Origin: Guillardia theta CCMP2712
Taxonomy: Eukaryota; Protista; Cryptophyta
DNA length: 64,000 nucleotides
Direction: 5' to 3'
NCBI RefSeq assembly: GCF_000315625.1
Contig: NW_005434613.1
Location: 404,441 to 468,440 of the forward strand
Position numbers and translations under genes: made by a program. The notes under the pieces are model-generated. The model was given only the letters and a program-made list of their open reading frames with translations, ran no database searches and was not told where the DNA came from. Below are positions 13,707 through 25,991 of this stretch, one piece after another. Numbering within the stretch: position 1 is the first letter of the stretch; every line of letters starts with the position of its first letter.

Positions 13707-16700
13707 CTAGTCAGTCAACTTGTCTTGACTCAAGAATTGAGAAAGAGCGTCATGAACTTGGTCGAACAGCCTGCAGATCATTATTTCAGTCGCTGCCGTA
13801 GGAGGAGCAGAGGAAGGGAGAGGAGGAGGAATTGTAGAAATGACAAAGGGAGGTGAGGGAAAGTGGAGAGGGGAGAGGGGAGAGCAGGGGACGAAGGGGA
13901 GGAAGAAGAACAAGGAGGAGAATTGCAATGGAGGGAGGGTTGAGAGAGGAGAGAGCGAGGAGAGGAAGAACAGCAGAGGGGAGAAAGCAGAGGGGAGGAA
14001 GGGGAGGAAAGGGAGAGAGGAGAGGGGAGGGAGGGAGGGAGGGGAATAGGAACTATGTAGGAGGGCAAGGAGGGAGGATGTGGATAGGAGAGTTAGGAGA
14101 TATTTCAGACCCAGTGGCTTCCGCGTCGAAACCTCCAGCGAACTGCACGAGAGTGAGAGGAGGAGCAAGTGAAGTTGCTCGACCTGATGCACGCGGAAAG
14201 AAAACTTCAAGGCGGAGTTGAGCAGATTCTGAACCTGAGAGAGCGGCAATTTCAACGAGAGACGATGGACAGGGGGGCGAAGAGGGAGAGGGAGAAGGAG
14301 AGGGAGGGGGGAAGGAGGGGAGGGGGGAAGAGGGGAGGGAGGGGGGTAGGGGGGANNNNNNNNNNNNNNNNNNNNNNNNNNNNNNNNNNNNNNNNNNNNN
14401 NNNNNNNNNNNNNNNNNNNNNNNNNNNNNNNNNNNNNNNNNNNNNNNNNNNNNNNNNNNNNNNNNNNNNNNNNNNNNNNNNNNNNNNNNNNNNNNNNNNN
14501 NNNNNNNNNNNNNNNNNNNNNNNNNNNNNNNNNNNNNNNNNNNNNNNNNNNNNNNNNNNNNNNNNNNNNNNNNNNNNNNNNNNNNNNNNNNNNTGTTCGT
14601 CAGCTGATTGTGAACTCCGAGCGGCAGCCAACGATCGTTCTCCTTCCCATCTCTTCCCCGTATCACTGCGTCTCCTTGCAGCGCCACTAGAATTTGCTTG
14701 GACGCTCCCTGGTTTACAAGATCTGCAATCGTGATGGGCGCGCGAATGCCGTCCATGAAGATGCAGAGAACCTGTGCTCAGAATCATTTGCTCTGCTCTG
14801 CTCTGCCTCCCGAAGGCCGTGAGCGACATCTGCATGGCATACTTGGCAAGGCCAACCGTTGCGATTTGAACATTCTTGACAAGCTGGGAGAAACTTCAGC
14901 TGGGAGATAGCAAGGCAAAGGAGGGGACAAGGTGGGGAAGTAAGAGGTCGAGCAGGAGGGTAAGGGAGGCAGAGGAAACAAGAAGAGGGAGGGGGAACAA
15001 GGGAACAAGGGAGGGCATGTGAGGAGAAACGAGAGGTGGGGGGAGGAGGGAAAGGGGGAAAGGTGGGCAAGAGGGATTACGGGAAGGATGGGGAGGATGG
15101 GGAGGATGGGAAGGGGAGGAGGGCAACGGGGGCATGGGGGAGGAAGGGGAGGGGAGGGAGGGGCAGCAGCAACCTTGAAGTCGAACGGAATACTGTGTGT
15201 CTTGTAGTTCCGCATGATCTCCTCCTCAGATCGGATGTACCACTCGACCGTCGGTTTGACAGACTCGAATTTGTCAACGGCCTGCTGGAGCTCCTCGTGG
15301 ATCGCAGACTTTGCTATCCACCTGTCGTCCTCGGGGTCCATAGAGGCGACCAAACGCTCCAGCTCCTGCTTCCTCCCTGTCACCTCCCGGAGAACTTCCA
15401 GCTTCTTCTCCGGCCAAGCAGCGAAGCCCTGGAGGACAATTGAAGCGGGTCAGGGTAAGTAGGGAAGGGAGCGAGGAGACGAGGAATGCATGCAATGGGA
15501 GGGGAGGGGAACTGAGAACGATGGAACAGGAGGCAAAGCCAAAGGAGGAGTGGAAAAGGACGAGGAGGAGGAGCAGGGGGAGGAGGAGGAGGAGGAGGAG
15601 GAGATGCTTAGTTGGTTTGACTCACCTTGAGCACCATCCTCTCATCAGAGAGGAGAGCGAGCCGGCGATCGACCTCCGCAACGAAGATTTCGACCTGGGT
15701 AAGGTCTTGAGGAGCAAAGGATTGGATCTGAGGGATGAGGTCCAAGATCATAGGCTCGAAGATGCTCCTGTCGCTCATAACTTGCTTCATGTAAGAGCTT
15801 CTGCCTTCCAGCTCCTCCTTCACTCCCTTCTGTGCGTTGCCAACGTCTGCAGAGCCTGAGGAGGACTCGTTCTCCTTGTTGCCTTCTTCTGTATTCGCCT
15901 CCGACTGAGACGAGGACACTTTCTTCCTGACCACCTGGAGTACAGCTGAGCTTGACGAGGAAAGAGGAGGGGAAAGAGGAGGAGGAGAGGAGGGAGAAAG
16001 GAGGGAGAAGGAGTGGGGAGGGGAGTGGGAGGGGAGAGGAGAGAGGGGAGGGGAGGAGGAGAGAGGGGAGTGGGAGGGGAGAGAGGAGAGAGGAGAGAGG
16101 AGAGAGGGGAGGAGGGAGGAGGGAGGGAGAGCAAGGAGGAGGGAGGAGGGAGGAGGGAGGAGGGAGGAGGGAGGAGGGAGGGGAGAGAGAGGAGGAGGTT
16201 TCTCACCTTTTGCAAGGGTTTGTCAACTCGTTCGATGTTGCGGGTCAGGTCTTGGTACTTCTTGATCACCTCCCATGACTTGGCGATGCCTGACGAGCTC
16301 GACGTTGCGGCGCGTCCAGCAGGCGATACCTTGGAGGCCTCCCCCGACAACCCTTGAGGAGGCGGCGGTGGCGGTGGCGGTGGTAAGGGAGAAGCAGGGT
16401 GTGGTGTGCCCTTGTTGTGAGGTGAGGAAGCAGATAGCAAGAGTGGGGGAGGAGGGGGAGGGGGAGGGGGAGGTGGTGTTGTACAGGGAGAATTTGAGCT
16501 TGAAAAGTTGGGGGGAGGAGGAGGAGGAGGAGGAGGAGGAGGAGGAGGAGGAGTTCCGACTGAAACGTCGGTGGCAGGGCTCTTAGAACTGGGGCTGACC
16601 ATTGCAGCATTTCCATCTCGCTGACCACAGCCAGATGCATGCTGAGCTTTTGGCACTTCTGGGACCAATATCTGCCCGAGGATTGGTTCCCGTTGACTTT

Positions 16701-18730
16701 GGGTTTCTGATTGTTCCTGGCCTGATGTGCTTGCCATAACAGGAGTTTGAACTACCTTTCTCGGAGTTTGGACTTCTTGACCGTTCGCCTTGATAGGATC
16801 GGCGACTTTCAGCTTGGAAGTCTTCTTCGGAGTCCAGGCAAAGAGATTGCTTCCTTTTGTCGGAGAGGAGGAAGAATAAGTACTGTGAGAAGGAGCCTTT
16901 GCATGAAGCGGATTCATGTCAGCATGATATGGGGTTCTCGATAAGGACATCTTGGCTTTCTCATTCTTGGTCATCGCCTCGATCTGCAGCCTGAGCTTCT
17001 CGTTCTCCTTAGCCAAAGCTTCTTTCGATGCGTCGTCGGACTTGCGGGCCTTGAGTTCTGATTCTACTGGGCTCTTCTGTCTATCTATGGGCGATGAGTT
17101 GACACTGCGAGGGCTCGAGCTTCTGTCATTGTTCATGTTGGAAATGAGCCAATCGGCCCCTAAAACCGTATCGGGTTTGTTAGCTGGCGAGAGGCTCTTT
17201 CGGAGAAGCTTGTCTGATCTGTTTGGTGTGATCCTTGGGTGCTCTGCGCGGCTTACGTGACGGTTTCTTCCGTTACTTTCATTGTTCTCCTTGTCGCCCT
17301 TCGCCTCGTCGATGACTTTCTCAGCATTCACAATCTGTGTGTCGTCCGAGTCTGTTGAGACAGGAGTAGTTTCCTTCTGATCTGTCGATGATGCTGACCG
17401 TGGGCTGGACTGTTCATCACTTACTTCCTTCTCCTGATCCTTCTCTTCAGATGCTTCATCTTCTTGACCTGTTTCTTCCTTGGGCTTTGGATCAGCTGAG
17501 AGTTCTGTTGCCTTTGTTAGCTTCTTAACTTTGAGGCTTGCTACTCTGCGTGCATACACCCGCATAGCCAAGAGCGTGAAAATATAAACTACGGAACAAG
17601 CGATTGTGAAGTAAAGTACCACGGTATTGGGAAACAATTGCAGGCCAGAACTGGAGAAGTATTGAAAAGGAAAAAGAGAGTCATTTGCACGATGACTTTC
17701 AACATTCAGCGTCTCTGAATCCTCTCTTGCAATCTGGGAATCTCTCATGAACGACTTGGAAACATCTTCCGACGGGTCAATTCGCTGAGATGCGGCAATG
17801 GCGAATTGATACAAGGCCCTTTCACTGCAGAGCTACGTTAGATCGACTCTCTCACACAGACATTCATGAAGACTACCGAACATCCGCATGCCATCGCTCT
17901 TCCGTCACACCAGTGCGGCCTTTGAGCATGTTCTTTCGGACAGTCAATGATACACCAATCTGACACCTGGCGCTCGAGGGTATGAGCTTCGTTGACTTTC
18001 AGCACGGACGGGTTCTCACCTCGATGACAACCAGTCTTCGTGAGTGCGCCCCATCTGGCAAGCATTGCACTCTTGATAGAGACTCGCATCGGAACAAATG
18101 TCGATCGCACTCTGAAAATCGCAAGATCTGAAAACACCGTTCATTCAGGTCCAAACTGGGCTTTTCAAAACTCACCTGCACCAACACGCAACACTCTCTT
18201 CAATCGTTGGAGCCCAGAAGCAACGAGAATTGTTCGGAATCGCATTTTGATTCCCTGTGGCTTCCAAGCATCTGCGAAGTAGATGTTCGATTTCCCAACA
18301 TGGGTTTGCATTTTTCATCTCCATCTTCAATTTCAGAACCCCTTTCATTTGGTCGTCAATCGGGTATTGATTGGAAATTAACCCTGCAAGAAGCTCAAAT
18401 GCTCTCACGCGCTTCAACCTCAACCCCCTGATCAGAGAAAGTCAAGAATGAAAACACTTCACAGGGACCGACTTGAGGTCTTCGTTGTGAAGATGTACGT
18501 GACTTGCTTGACCAACATCATAAGATTTGAAACTTGGGGAACTGCTTATCTGTGGACGACATCACTCTGGTTTCGTACACAGAAGAAGAATAAACCTCAT
18601 TCCAGTGCTTTGGCGTGCCATCAGAGTTGTATCCCCATCGAAATTCATACGAGGAGAGTAGGTTATCTACAGGAGACAAACACAATAGGAGTAGGAATAG
18701 ACAGGACACACTGGGCATCGGGCTAGGCAT
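13707..18730 (-). CDS. CHUP1/IPGA1-like protein: predicted signal peptide, Cys-rich region, TM helix, coiled coil, polyproline, CHUP1 C-terminal domain
   Basis: Spliced motifs SWEVIKKYQDLTR, ELEGRSSYMKQVMSD..FVAEVDRRLALLSDERMVLK, WPEKKLEVLRE, YKTHSIP, IATVGLAKYAMQM, FSFRVHQ/FAGGFDAE match the plant CHUP1 C-terminus. TM VVLYFTIACSVVYIFTLLAM at ~17630-17560. The 5' exons (17830-18730) are less certain; an N-gap lies inside the gene. Confidence 0.8.
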
Positions 18731-19824
18731 GAAGCACTTGTCCGACCGGCAGGTATAGAGATGTTATGCTCTTGCAACTTTCAGTCTCCGAGCGTCATCA
18801 CTTGAGTGAATTATGAATCTTATCCAGAGTTTTTCCTCCAGACCTCTCGATTCCCAGCATGGACATCGTCTACCGATGTCGTTGCATTTTTACCTGTTCT
18901 ATGCCTATTTGCATATTCTTCTTCCCCCTCCTCTGCCGCCTTCTCTTGCGCCTCCTCCTCCACCACCTCGCTCTGAACGGATCCTTCCCGCCATGCCCGA
19001 CCAACTCCAACCACCCCCCACCCCTCATTGAAATTGTCAAGTCAACTGTTGGGTTGGTAATGTACCCCTACCCCCATATCATACCCAAACTGACCCCTTA
19101 TGTAGTCAATTTCCAGGTCCAACCCACCACGGGGTCGCCGACTACCCCTTGCATATTCACCTACCCCCTCGCATAGTCGCTCGATTTCATATCACCCCTC
19201 CGTTCCTCATCAAAAGAATAGGTGGAGGGGTCTGACAATGCATGAACCCCACTTTCCTTAGTCCGCATTATGCATAAGTGAGGGTGGGGTACTAAGTACC
19301 CCTTATTTCATCATGAATTTGGATTGAAATCACGGGGTAGGTACCCCCGGCCCTCCACCACTTGGCGGCTGATCGCCGTTCTGAGCATGGAGGAATGAAG
19401 CAGGAAGGAAAGGGAGGGGGGGAGGGGGGGGGGGGAGGAGAGAGGGAGAGAGGAGAGGGAGAGAGGGAGAGAGGGAGAGAGGGAGAGAGGAGAGAGGGAG
19501 AGAGGAGAGAGGAGAGAGGGAGAGAGGCGAGGGAGAGGAAGGAGAGAGGAGAGGGAGAAGAAGGAGAGAGTGAAAGAGGAGACATGAGAGAGAGAAAGAG
19601 GAGAGAAAGAGGAGAGAGAAGACAGACGGGAGATGAAAGAGGGTGGAGGGGGGGAGAAAGGGAGACAGGGAAGAGGAGAATGAGGAAGTCACAAAAGGTG
19701 CACATGCAACAAAGTTGAAAACATTCATCTGCATTCTCTGACAGTTGTCGTTTGTTCTGTTTTGCAGGAAATGGCAAGTCTGTTGAAACATACCCCGCAG
19801 ACTAGACGAGACTGATTCAATGAT

Positions 19825-22800
19825 ATGAACTGTAATCTCGTAGCTCTGGTTGTCCTGACCACCTGCATCTGGCATGTAGATGCTCAATCCTATCAGTACA
19901 GGGGAGGATCAATCAACTGGCTCCCCAACCCTGCTGGTTCGAATTATGTACAGATCATCATCCATACTGTATGGACTCAACCCCCTGGCTCTGAATCTCT
20001 CAAAGTTGAAGATGTAGTTCCCTTCCGCAGCAAGAGCTCTACTCCTCCTCTCCTCATCATCTCCAACGGAGTACTCCATCAAGAACTGCAGGTTGTGGTC
20101 GCGTCCGTGAACGTAAAGGTAACTTCTTCCTATCGTTGGGTTTTGTCTTCTGAGTGTTGGTTTCTCCGCTAGCTTGCCAACACCTTGGAGGGGATCAGCG
20201 TCGTGAACGTGTCGCTGCCTCTACGGAGTCGCGGCTACATAGCGGAAGTGCAAGGATGCTGTAGAGAGAGCCCAGTGAGCTGTGATCAGACAGGCTCGGG
20301 CCTCTCACAGTACTGCGGGACAAAGTTCTTCCTGCGAACACTTGTTAAGCTAGACAGAGACCCTCCTCCGTTCTCATACCTTCCTTTCTTCTTCCCCTAC
20401 GACCTTCCCTCGGATCCCAACATGGGCATGATCTTGCCGATCGTAGACTTCCGATTGACATACGCTGGGATCAACAAGGTCCCGATGCCTGAACCTCATT
20501 GGCCGAAGAAGATTCAAGACAGGATACAACATAGACCTCAAGATACTTCTCCTCCGATACTCAATTGGGTGAAAGTCTCGAACAGAATTCAAGCAATCTA
20601 TCGTGCGATTCAAAATTTGACGTTCAACAACAACTTGAATCAAAATTCCGCAATCGTAATCAACTCCTTGAACCAAAATTCCGCAATCGTGAATAACTCC
20701 TTGAACCAAAATTCGACAATCGTGAATAATTCCTTGAACCAAAATTCGACGTCGTTCAATAACAGCAACTTGACAACAGACCATTCGTTACAAGATGGGT
20801 TAGTGAACATCAGTTTGACAATAGACCTTTTATTGCAAGATGGTTTCACTCCAGAAGAAGCTTTTCAAGTGATGGAAGTCTACGACACAAACAAGGATTC
20901 CATAATCGAAGGTGAAGAGATTCGGATACAGGAGGCGCTCAAAGGATTTGATGTGGTGCCGTCTTTGCCTAAGGTATTCGAGGGACAAACTTATGAGACC
21001 ATCGTCAAAGTTCACTCGATAGGAGGCTCGGTCCCCATGCTGGGTGGTAATGAGAGCGAGACTTTGATGCTCTATCAGTTGTCTAATTGCTCAGGCTACA
21101 GTGCTCCTCTACCTCCAGGAGCGGACATCTGCCGAGACAGCTTCGTTGAGTTTTCTTCATGCCCAGATGGTTCTGCTGGCTGTTACAAGGGCACTTCGCT
21201 TCCTGTCGTCAACAATTTCCAATCTCTGCAGATTCCAGCAGGTTTTGTTGTGGACATAGTATACTCCTGCGAAGTCTCACAGACGGATTTCTCATCGTAT
21301 CACACCTTTTCTGAGGGGAGCATCCTTCAAACTTGCGATGGCAGCACAAGCACATGTTGCAACCTCAAGCACCCAGCAGCATCCTTGACATTCAGAACTA
21401 TCAATAGGAGTATAGCCAGTAGTCCGCAAGAGTATTGCCAAGGATGCACCTCTAACAGCGAGGACATAGCTACGATGCTGACTTTCAACCAATTCATGTC
21501 CCACTACACCGGTGTCTATGAGGTATGCAAATCACTGAAAAAAACGTTTTTTCATTGATGTTGAAACTCAGACAAAGATGAGTCTCAAATCCACCCTTCT
21601 GCCGGTTGGAAATTATCCCGTACTGATGCAGATTCAATCTGCGACATCGGCCTACACCTTCATTGAATTCATACTGCATAAAATGACAGGCTCGCAATTT
21701 TCCATCGAATTCTACTCAGATCTGCAAAACGAGCCGGTAGATGTAGAAAATGGTTTCAGCATGTCATTTTGATGTGATTGGTAGGCATTCTTCTTTTCAA
21801 GTCTTCATAGCAACTCGTCATGGACTTGCACTCAAGGCAACTGTGAGGTGGAGCAACTCAACCCGTTGATTGCATTGGAGTGACTGGAATTACACAGGCT
21901 TCGTTACAACTCACGACAAACTTGGCGTTGTTCACAACGATGACTTACAACAATGATACATTGCAGAATCGGACAGAAAGTCCAACCATTCAACCAGACT
22001 CGTTTTTATGGACCCCGTGCTACGATTTTGTAGGGATGCATTACTTTTGCTTGTTTTGGGGAGATTCAACGTCTGGACAATGGACAAACCTGGTGAGCAC
22101 TCCACTTACCCAATGCAGCATCTGACATCTTGCAAAGAAATGCATCTTTATCCGGGTTATAGAAAATCTGCCACCAAAGATACATGTGAATATTTCCAAC
22201 ACAACCTCTGAATACTTGCTGGATGCAACTGCATATATGGGTCAAAAAGTACATATTGTGTTGGCTTTGTTAAATCAATACCAATCTCGCTTCAAGTATA
22301 GCGGGATATCTCAGGTTTGATCTGTCATCAAGTCATAGGACGACTGAAATTTTTGAGAGTAGATCTTCATGAACAATGGCGAATCTGCGTTCGCCAGGAC
22401 GACCTATCGAGCGGCAAAGGTTGGGTCGTCACGATATTACATTCAAGAATTCGTCAACGCGACTCCGCCGAAGATTGTGAACATCGAGTGGACACCGATA
22501 AGAAACATCTTGATCAACGAAGGGAGTATGGAGATCAGCGGCTTGCAGGATTATTACCTGAAGCCAAACTACATGAACTCTGGGTTTGTGACTTGAGATG
22601 TCTTCGTATCTTGGCGATAACCTCTGAACAGGTTGAACATCACCGTGTGCTTCATGGTGATCAATGAGATGGGGACTGACGGTCAGTGTGGCTTGTATGG
22701 GCCATGGACCGAGCATTGCATCCGCATCGACGTGTTGAAGTGCAAGTACAGTTTGTCGCCAGGACAGAGTCTCGTGCACATTGCAGGATTGTTCAAGACC

Positions 22801-23130
22801 AACTGGATACAACTTTACAGCCTCAACCCGCACTACACACGGGCTGATGCCATCGTCGTCAACAACAGTGTGGTTGTGGATATAGGCAAGCTTTACAATG
22901 TGAGCTTTGATCTGGTGTGTTAGGAGCCATGCTGATGTCGTCATTTCCTGCAACAGGTGACGGAAGGCGAAAATATCTACACGATCGCAAGGCAGTTAGG
23001 ATTCGACATACAGCAAGTGATGTTCTTAAATGCCGAGCTTTCTAGGGTCCGACTTGCACAATGGACCTCATCGCTGCCACCACGGCAGACAATTTGTTTG
23101 ATACCAAACTCATGCAATTCAAAAGTGTAA
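19825..23130 (+). CDS. Large secreted protein with EF-hand-like loop, Asn-rich repeats and two C-terminal LysM domains
   Basis: Signal peptide MNCNLVALVVLTTCIWHVDA; YDTNKDSIIEGEE; C-terminal YSLSPGQSLVHIAGLFKTNWIQLYSLNP and VTEGENIYTIARQLGFDIQQVMFLNAEL...ICLIP; TAA 23128-23130; short GT-AG introns. Confidence 0.75.
20635..20760 (+). repeat. 33-bp coding tandem repeat (LNQNS[A/T]IVNNS x~4)
   Basis: ttgaaccaaaattc.. repeated four times in frame, giving many N-x-S/T sequons. Confidence 0.9.
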
Positions 23131-23263
23131 ACTAATTTCAATCAATGTACAGAAAATCCATCGTTCACTGAGATGCCAAGGTTGCAGGATTTCCTCTTGA
23201 CATGATAACATGAAAACTTTTCCCTGGAGGAACAAATCAGGACGATATCAAGAGGGAAATATC

Positions 23264-25991
23264 CTATGTATGACCTGCCCTCTCTAACTTGAGCTGGACC
23301 GGAGATCCTTTGGGGCTGTTGGCAAAACTCACGGCGAGGAGGGAGTCATATCGAGAGCTCACCCCAAGATATAATGCGAGGCCTCATCAGTCGTGCGGAC
23401 TTTCTTGCCATCCACCTCCAGCAATACATCGCCGACCTGCTCCCACGTCACTGTGCCAGATGGGCACGAGGATCACTGGAGTTTCGATTACCTCAATCTT
23501 GCCAGTCACCTTAGCTGGACCATCAGGGGATAAGCTCTTGACCATGAGAGGGTTTCTTCCGTCGGGCAGCTGGACGGCCTTGAAGATAACGCCTATGCCA
23601 GCCTTGGCTCGAGGATCCGTTTGCCTCATCTCTTGCCCATCATGGTTGGCAACGACGTATCCGAAGGTTCCAGTTGGCTGCGGGCGATTTATCATTCAGC
23701 TCCTGTCCTGCATCACAGCGATTCACGCTTGTACCGATGCGGCTTGAGCGAGAGCCTCCAGCACAGAGTTTCTCTCCTGATGCGAAGAGTCAAAAAGGAC
23801 AAAGGAAGGAGAGAGCGAACCTTTAGCTTGTCGTTCTCTTGCTGAAGAGGCCAAGACTGTCGCTGTTGACAAGAAGGGTCAAAAGGAAACAAGTGAAGTC
23901 TCCACAGGGAACCCGTTCGTCGTCTAAACCTTGCTGGGCCGCACGAAGCTTTGCCTTGATACAGACTCAGTGGTGAAAGAGACAGGTGCATCTGCTCACT
24001 TTGGCGTCATCCAGCTCTATCTCCAGTATGCTAATCCGAGACTAGAAGTCGGTGAGGAAGAGAGTTCACTCGCATTGCAACTTGCCTTCAAAACATTCAG
24101 CTGCCTCGAAGATTCTTCATCATGGATGCGACTCGCGTCGGACAGAGCAATCTTCGCCGCTTCTAGTTCTTTCTCGATGTCTCTTGCATGAGACTAGATG
24201 GTACATCATTCATTATCTTGCATCCCCAAAACATCGCAACCTTCCAGATGTCTCTTTCTTCGCACGCGTTCTCTAATCTCTCTGTGAGTTCCTTAATTAG
24301 CGTCTCGTTCTTCTACGAGTACAACAAGTCAGATACAAGAATGACGGTGAGAACATGTAGACCTGGTCGTTTCTGTTTTGCTTCTCTCTCTCAACAAACA
24401 GTCTTTCAGCTTCTTGCAGCTAAAAATACGCTCGTTAATCGGCATCTTGCAGCTACGAAAGTGGTCGTTAATTTCGTGCTCCACGGCAACTTACCTTGGT
24501 TTGAGCTTCACACAAGATCCTTGACGCTTCATCCTCTGCCATCTGTCGCAGATGACTCGCTTCTGATCGTGCCTGATCTATCAGCTTTTGTGCTTCCAGC
24601 TCAGCTTGACTCAAGATGTGTCGTGCTGTGTCTTGGACCTTCAACTGCTGAGTAGTGGGAGTGATGACCTTCACCGGGAATAGCCGTGTCTTCACACTGC
24701 GAAGATGAAAGAGAAGCTTGAGGAAAGAAGGACGAGAGCTGGGGTCGAGCTGCATACACATGGAAGCTACATTCCAGGTCACTTCATCCGCTCCCATGGG
24801 TTTCTCTAAACACAACTTTCCGTTTGCAACCTCCTCGATCACTCTCGAATCCTCCTGCACTTGCCAGTAGGGCATGCTTTCACCGAAAGACAAGAGCTCC
24901 CACACGAGGACTCCAAATGAGTAGACATCGCTCTTCTCCGAAAACTTGCGGCGGTTGCGGAGAACTTCAGGGGCCGTCCAGCGGCAAGGAATCGATAGGT
25001 CGTTATGCATCTGAACACTCATCGCTTGGCTTGTACCGAAGTCTGAGACCTTCACTAGAACTTTCTTCTCGTTAACATCTAGATGCACTACAAGGATGTT
25101 TCTCAGCGACAGATCGCGATGGAGCAGACCAGCATCAACAACACCATGCATTCCCGACGAAATCTGGTGAAGGATGTCCAGGAAGATGCTCTGACGACCT
25201 GTCTCATCCGCACGGAGCTCCTGCGCGAGGTTCTCTGCAACAACATCCAGGGAACCTAGCGGTGCCAACTCTTCGATCAAGAACTTGCTACCAAATGCAT
25301 CTGTTGTAAATCCATACAGAGTGATGAGATGCGGATGCCTGCTCAGCCTCAGCATCGCTCCAGCTTCTGTATCGATGTTGCCTGAACGGAACCGAACAAT
25401 GGCCACATCCCTGGAGCCCCACCAGCCTCTGTAGACCGACTTGTCTTGCCCTACTCCGATCTGCGCAAGGCGAAGATCGTCGTCACTGTAGTTGTCAAGA
25501 GTTGGGTTCGAGTCCCGCTCCTGTTGAGACAGATTCCTTACTTGCCTCCTCGGACGCGATGTGTTGAAACGGATGTCAATGGAGGGGATCATGTCAAATT
25601 TCAGCTCCTGATGTCTCTTTTCTTCCCAATCATCGATTGCCATCTTGAGTGGGGCGTTCTTTCGCAAGCTGAGATCGGCGGAACCGTCCCTCGACATCGG
25701 CTGATTGGTCATCGGGCTCACTTGGTTCTCGTGTAACCATAGCTCTATGAACTTGCGATCGTAGATGAAACCGTCGGCAGCAAACACAGGTTCCTCCATG
25801 ACCTTCAAGGAGATGGGGCATTGGAAGATGCTCGGAGCAGTGCTGAAGTCTACTTCAGATTCCATCGTCAATTTCCATCCAAGAGCCAACAGTTCCGATT
25901 TCAACAAACTCCTTTCGAAGTGCCTTACAATGTACGATGTGTCATCTGTTTGTGCTGCACCAGTCGAACAGTCATGGGAAACAAACACCAT
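23264..25991 (-). CDS. U-box + tyrosine-kinase-like domain + coiled coil + probable C-terminal PDZ
   Basis: U-box FQCPISLKVMEEPVFAADGFIYDRKFIELWL..SPMTN; kinase HRDLSLRN, SDFG, PCRWTAPE, SDVYSFGVLVWE; coiled-coil exons 24430-23990; PDZ AGIGVIFK..VKSLSPDGPAKVTGKIE/VGDVLLEVDGKKV..ILG/PKGSPVQLKLER. The kinase-to-PDZ join is inferred. Confidence 0.8.

Noticed and set aside
15820-17814. Canonical formin (polyproline FH1)
   Set aside because: Downstream exons carry CHUP1-specific motifs, not canonical FH2 motifs such as GNxMN.
1-18730. MAP65, MCM2 and CHUP1/IPGA1-like genes as a functional cluster
   Set aside because: Interspersed with unrelated genes on mixed strands; no evidence of co-regulation.
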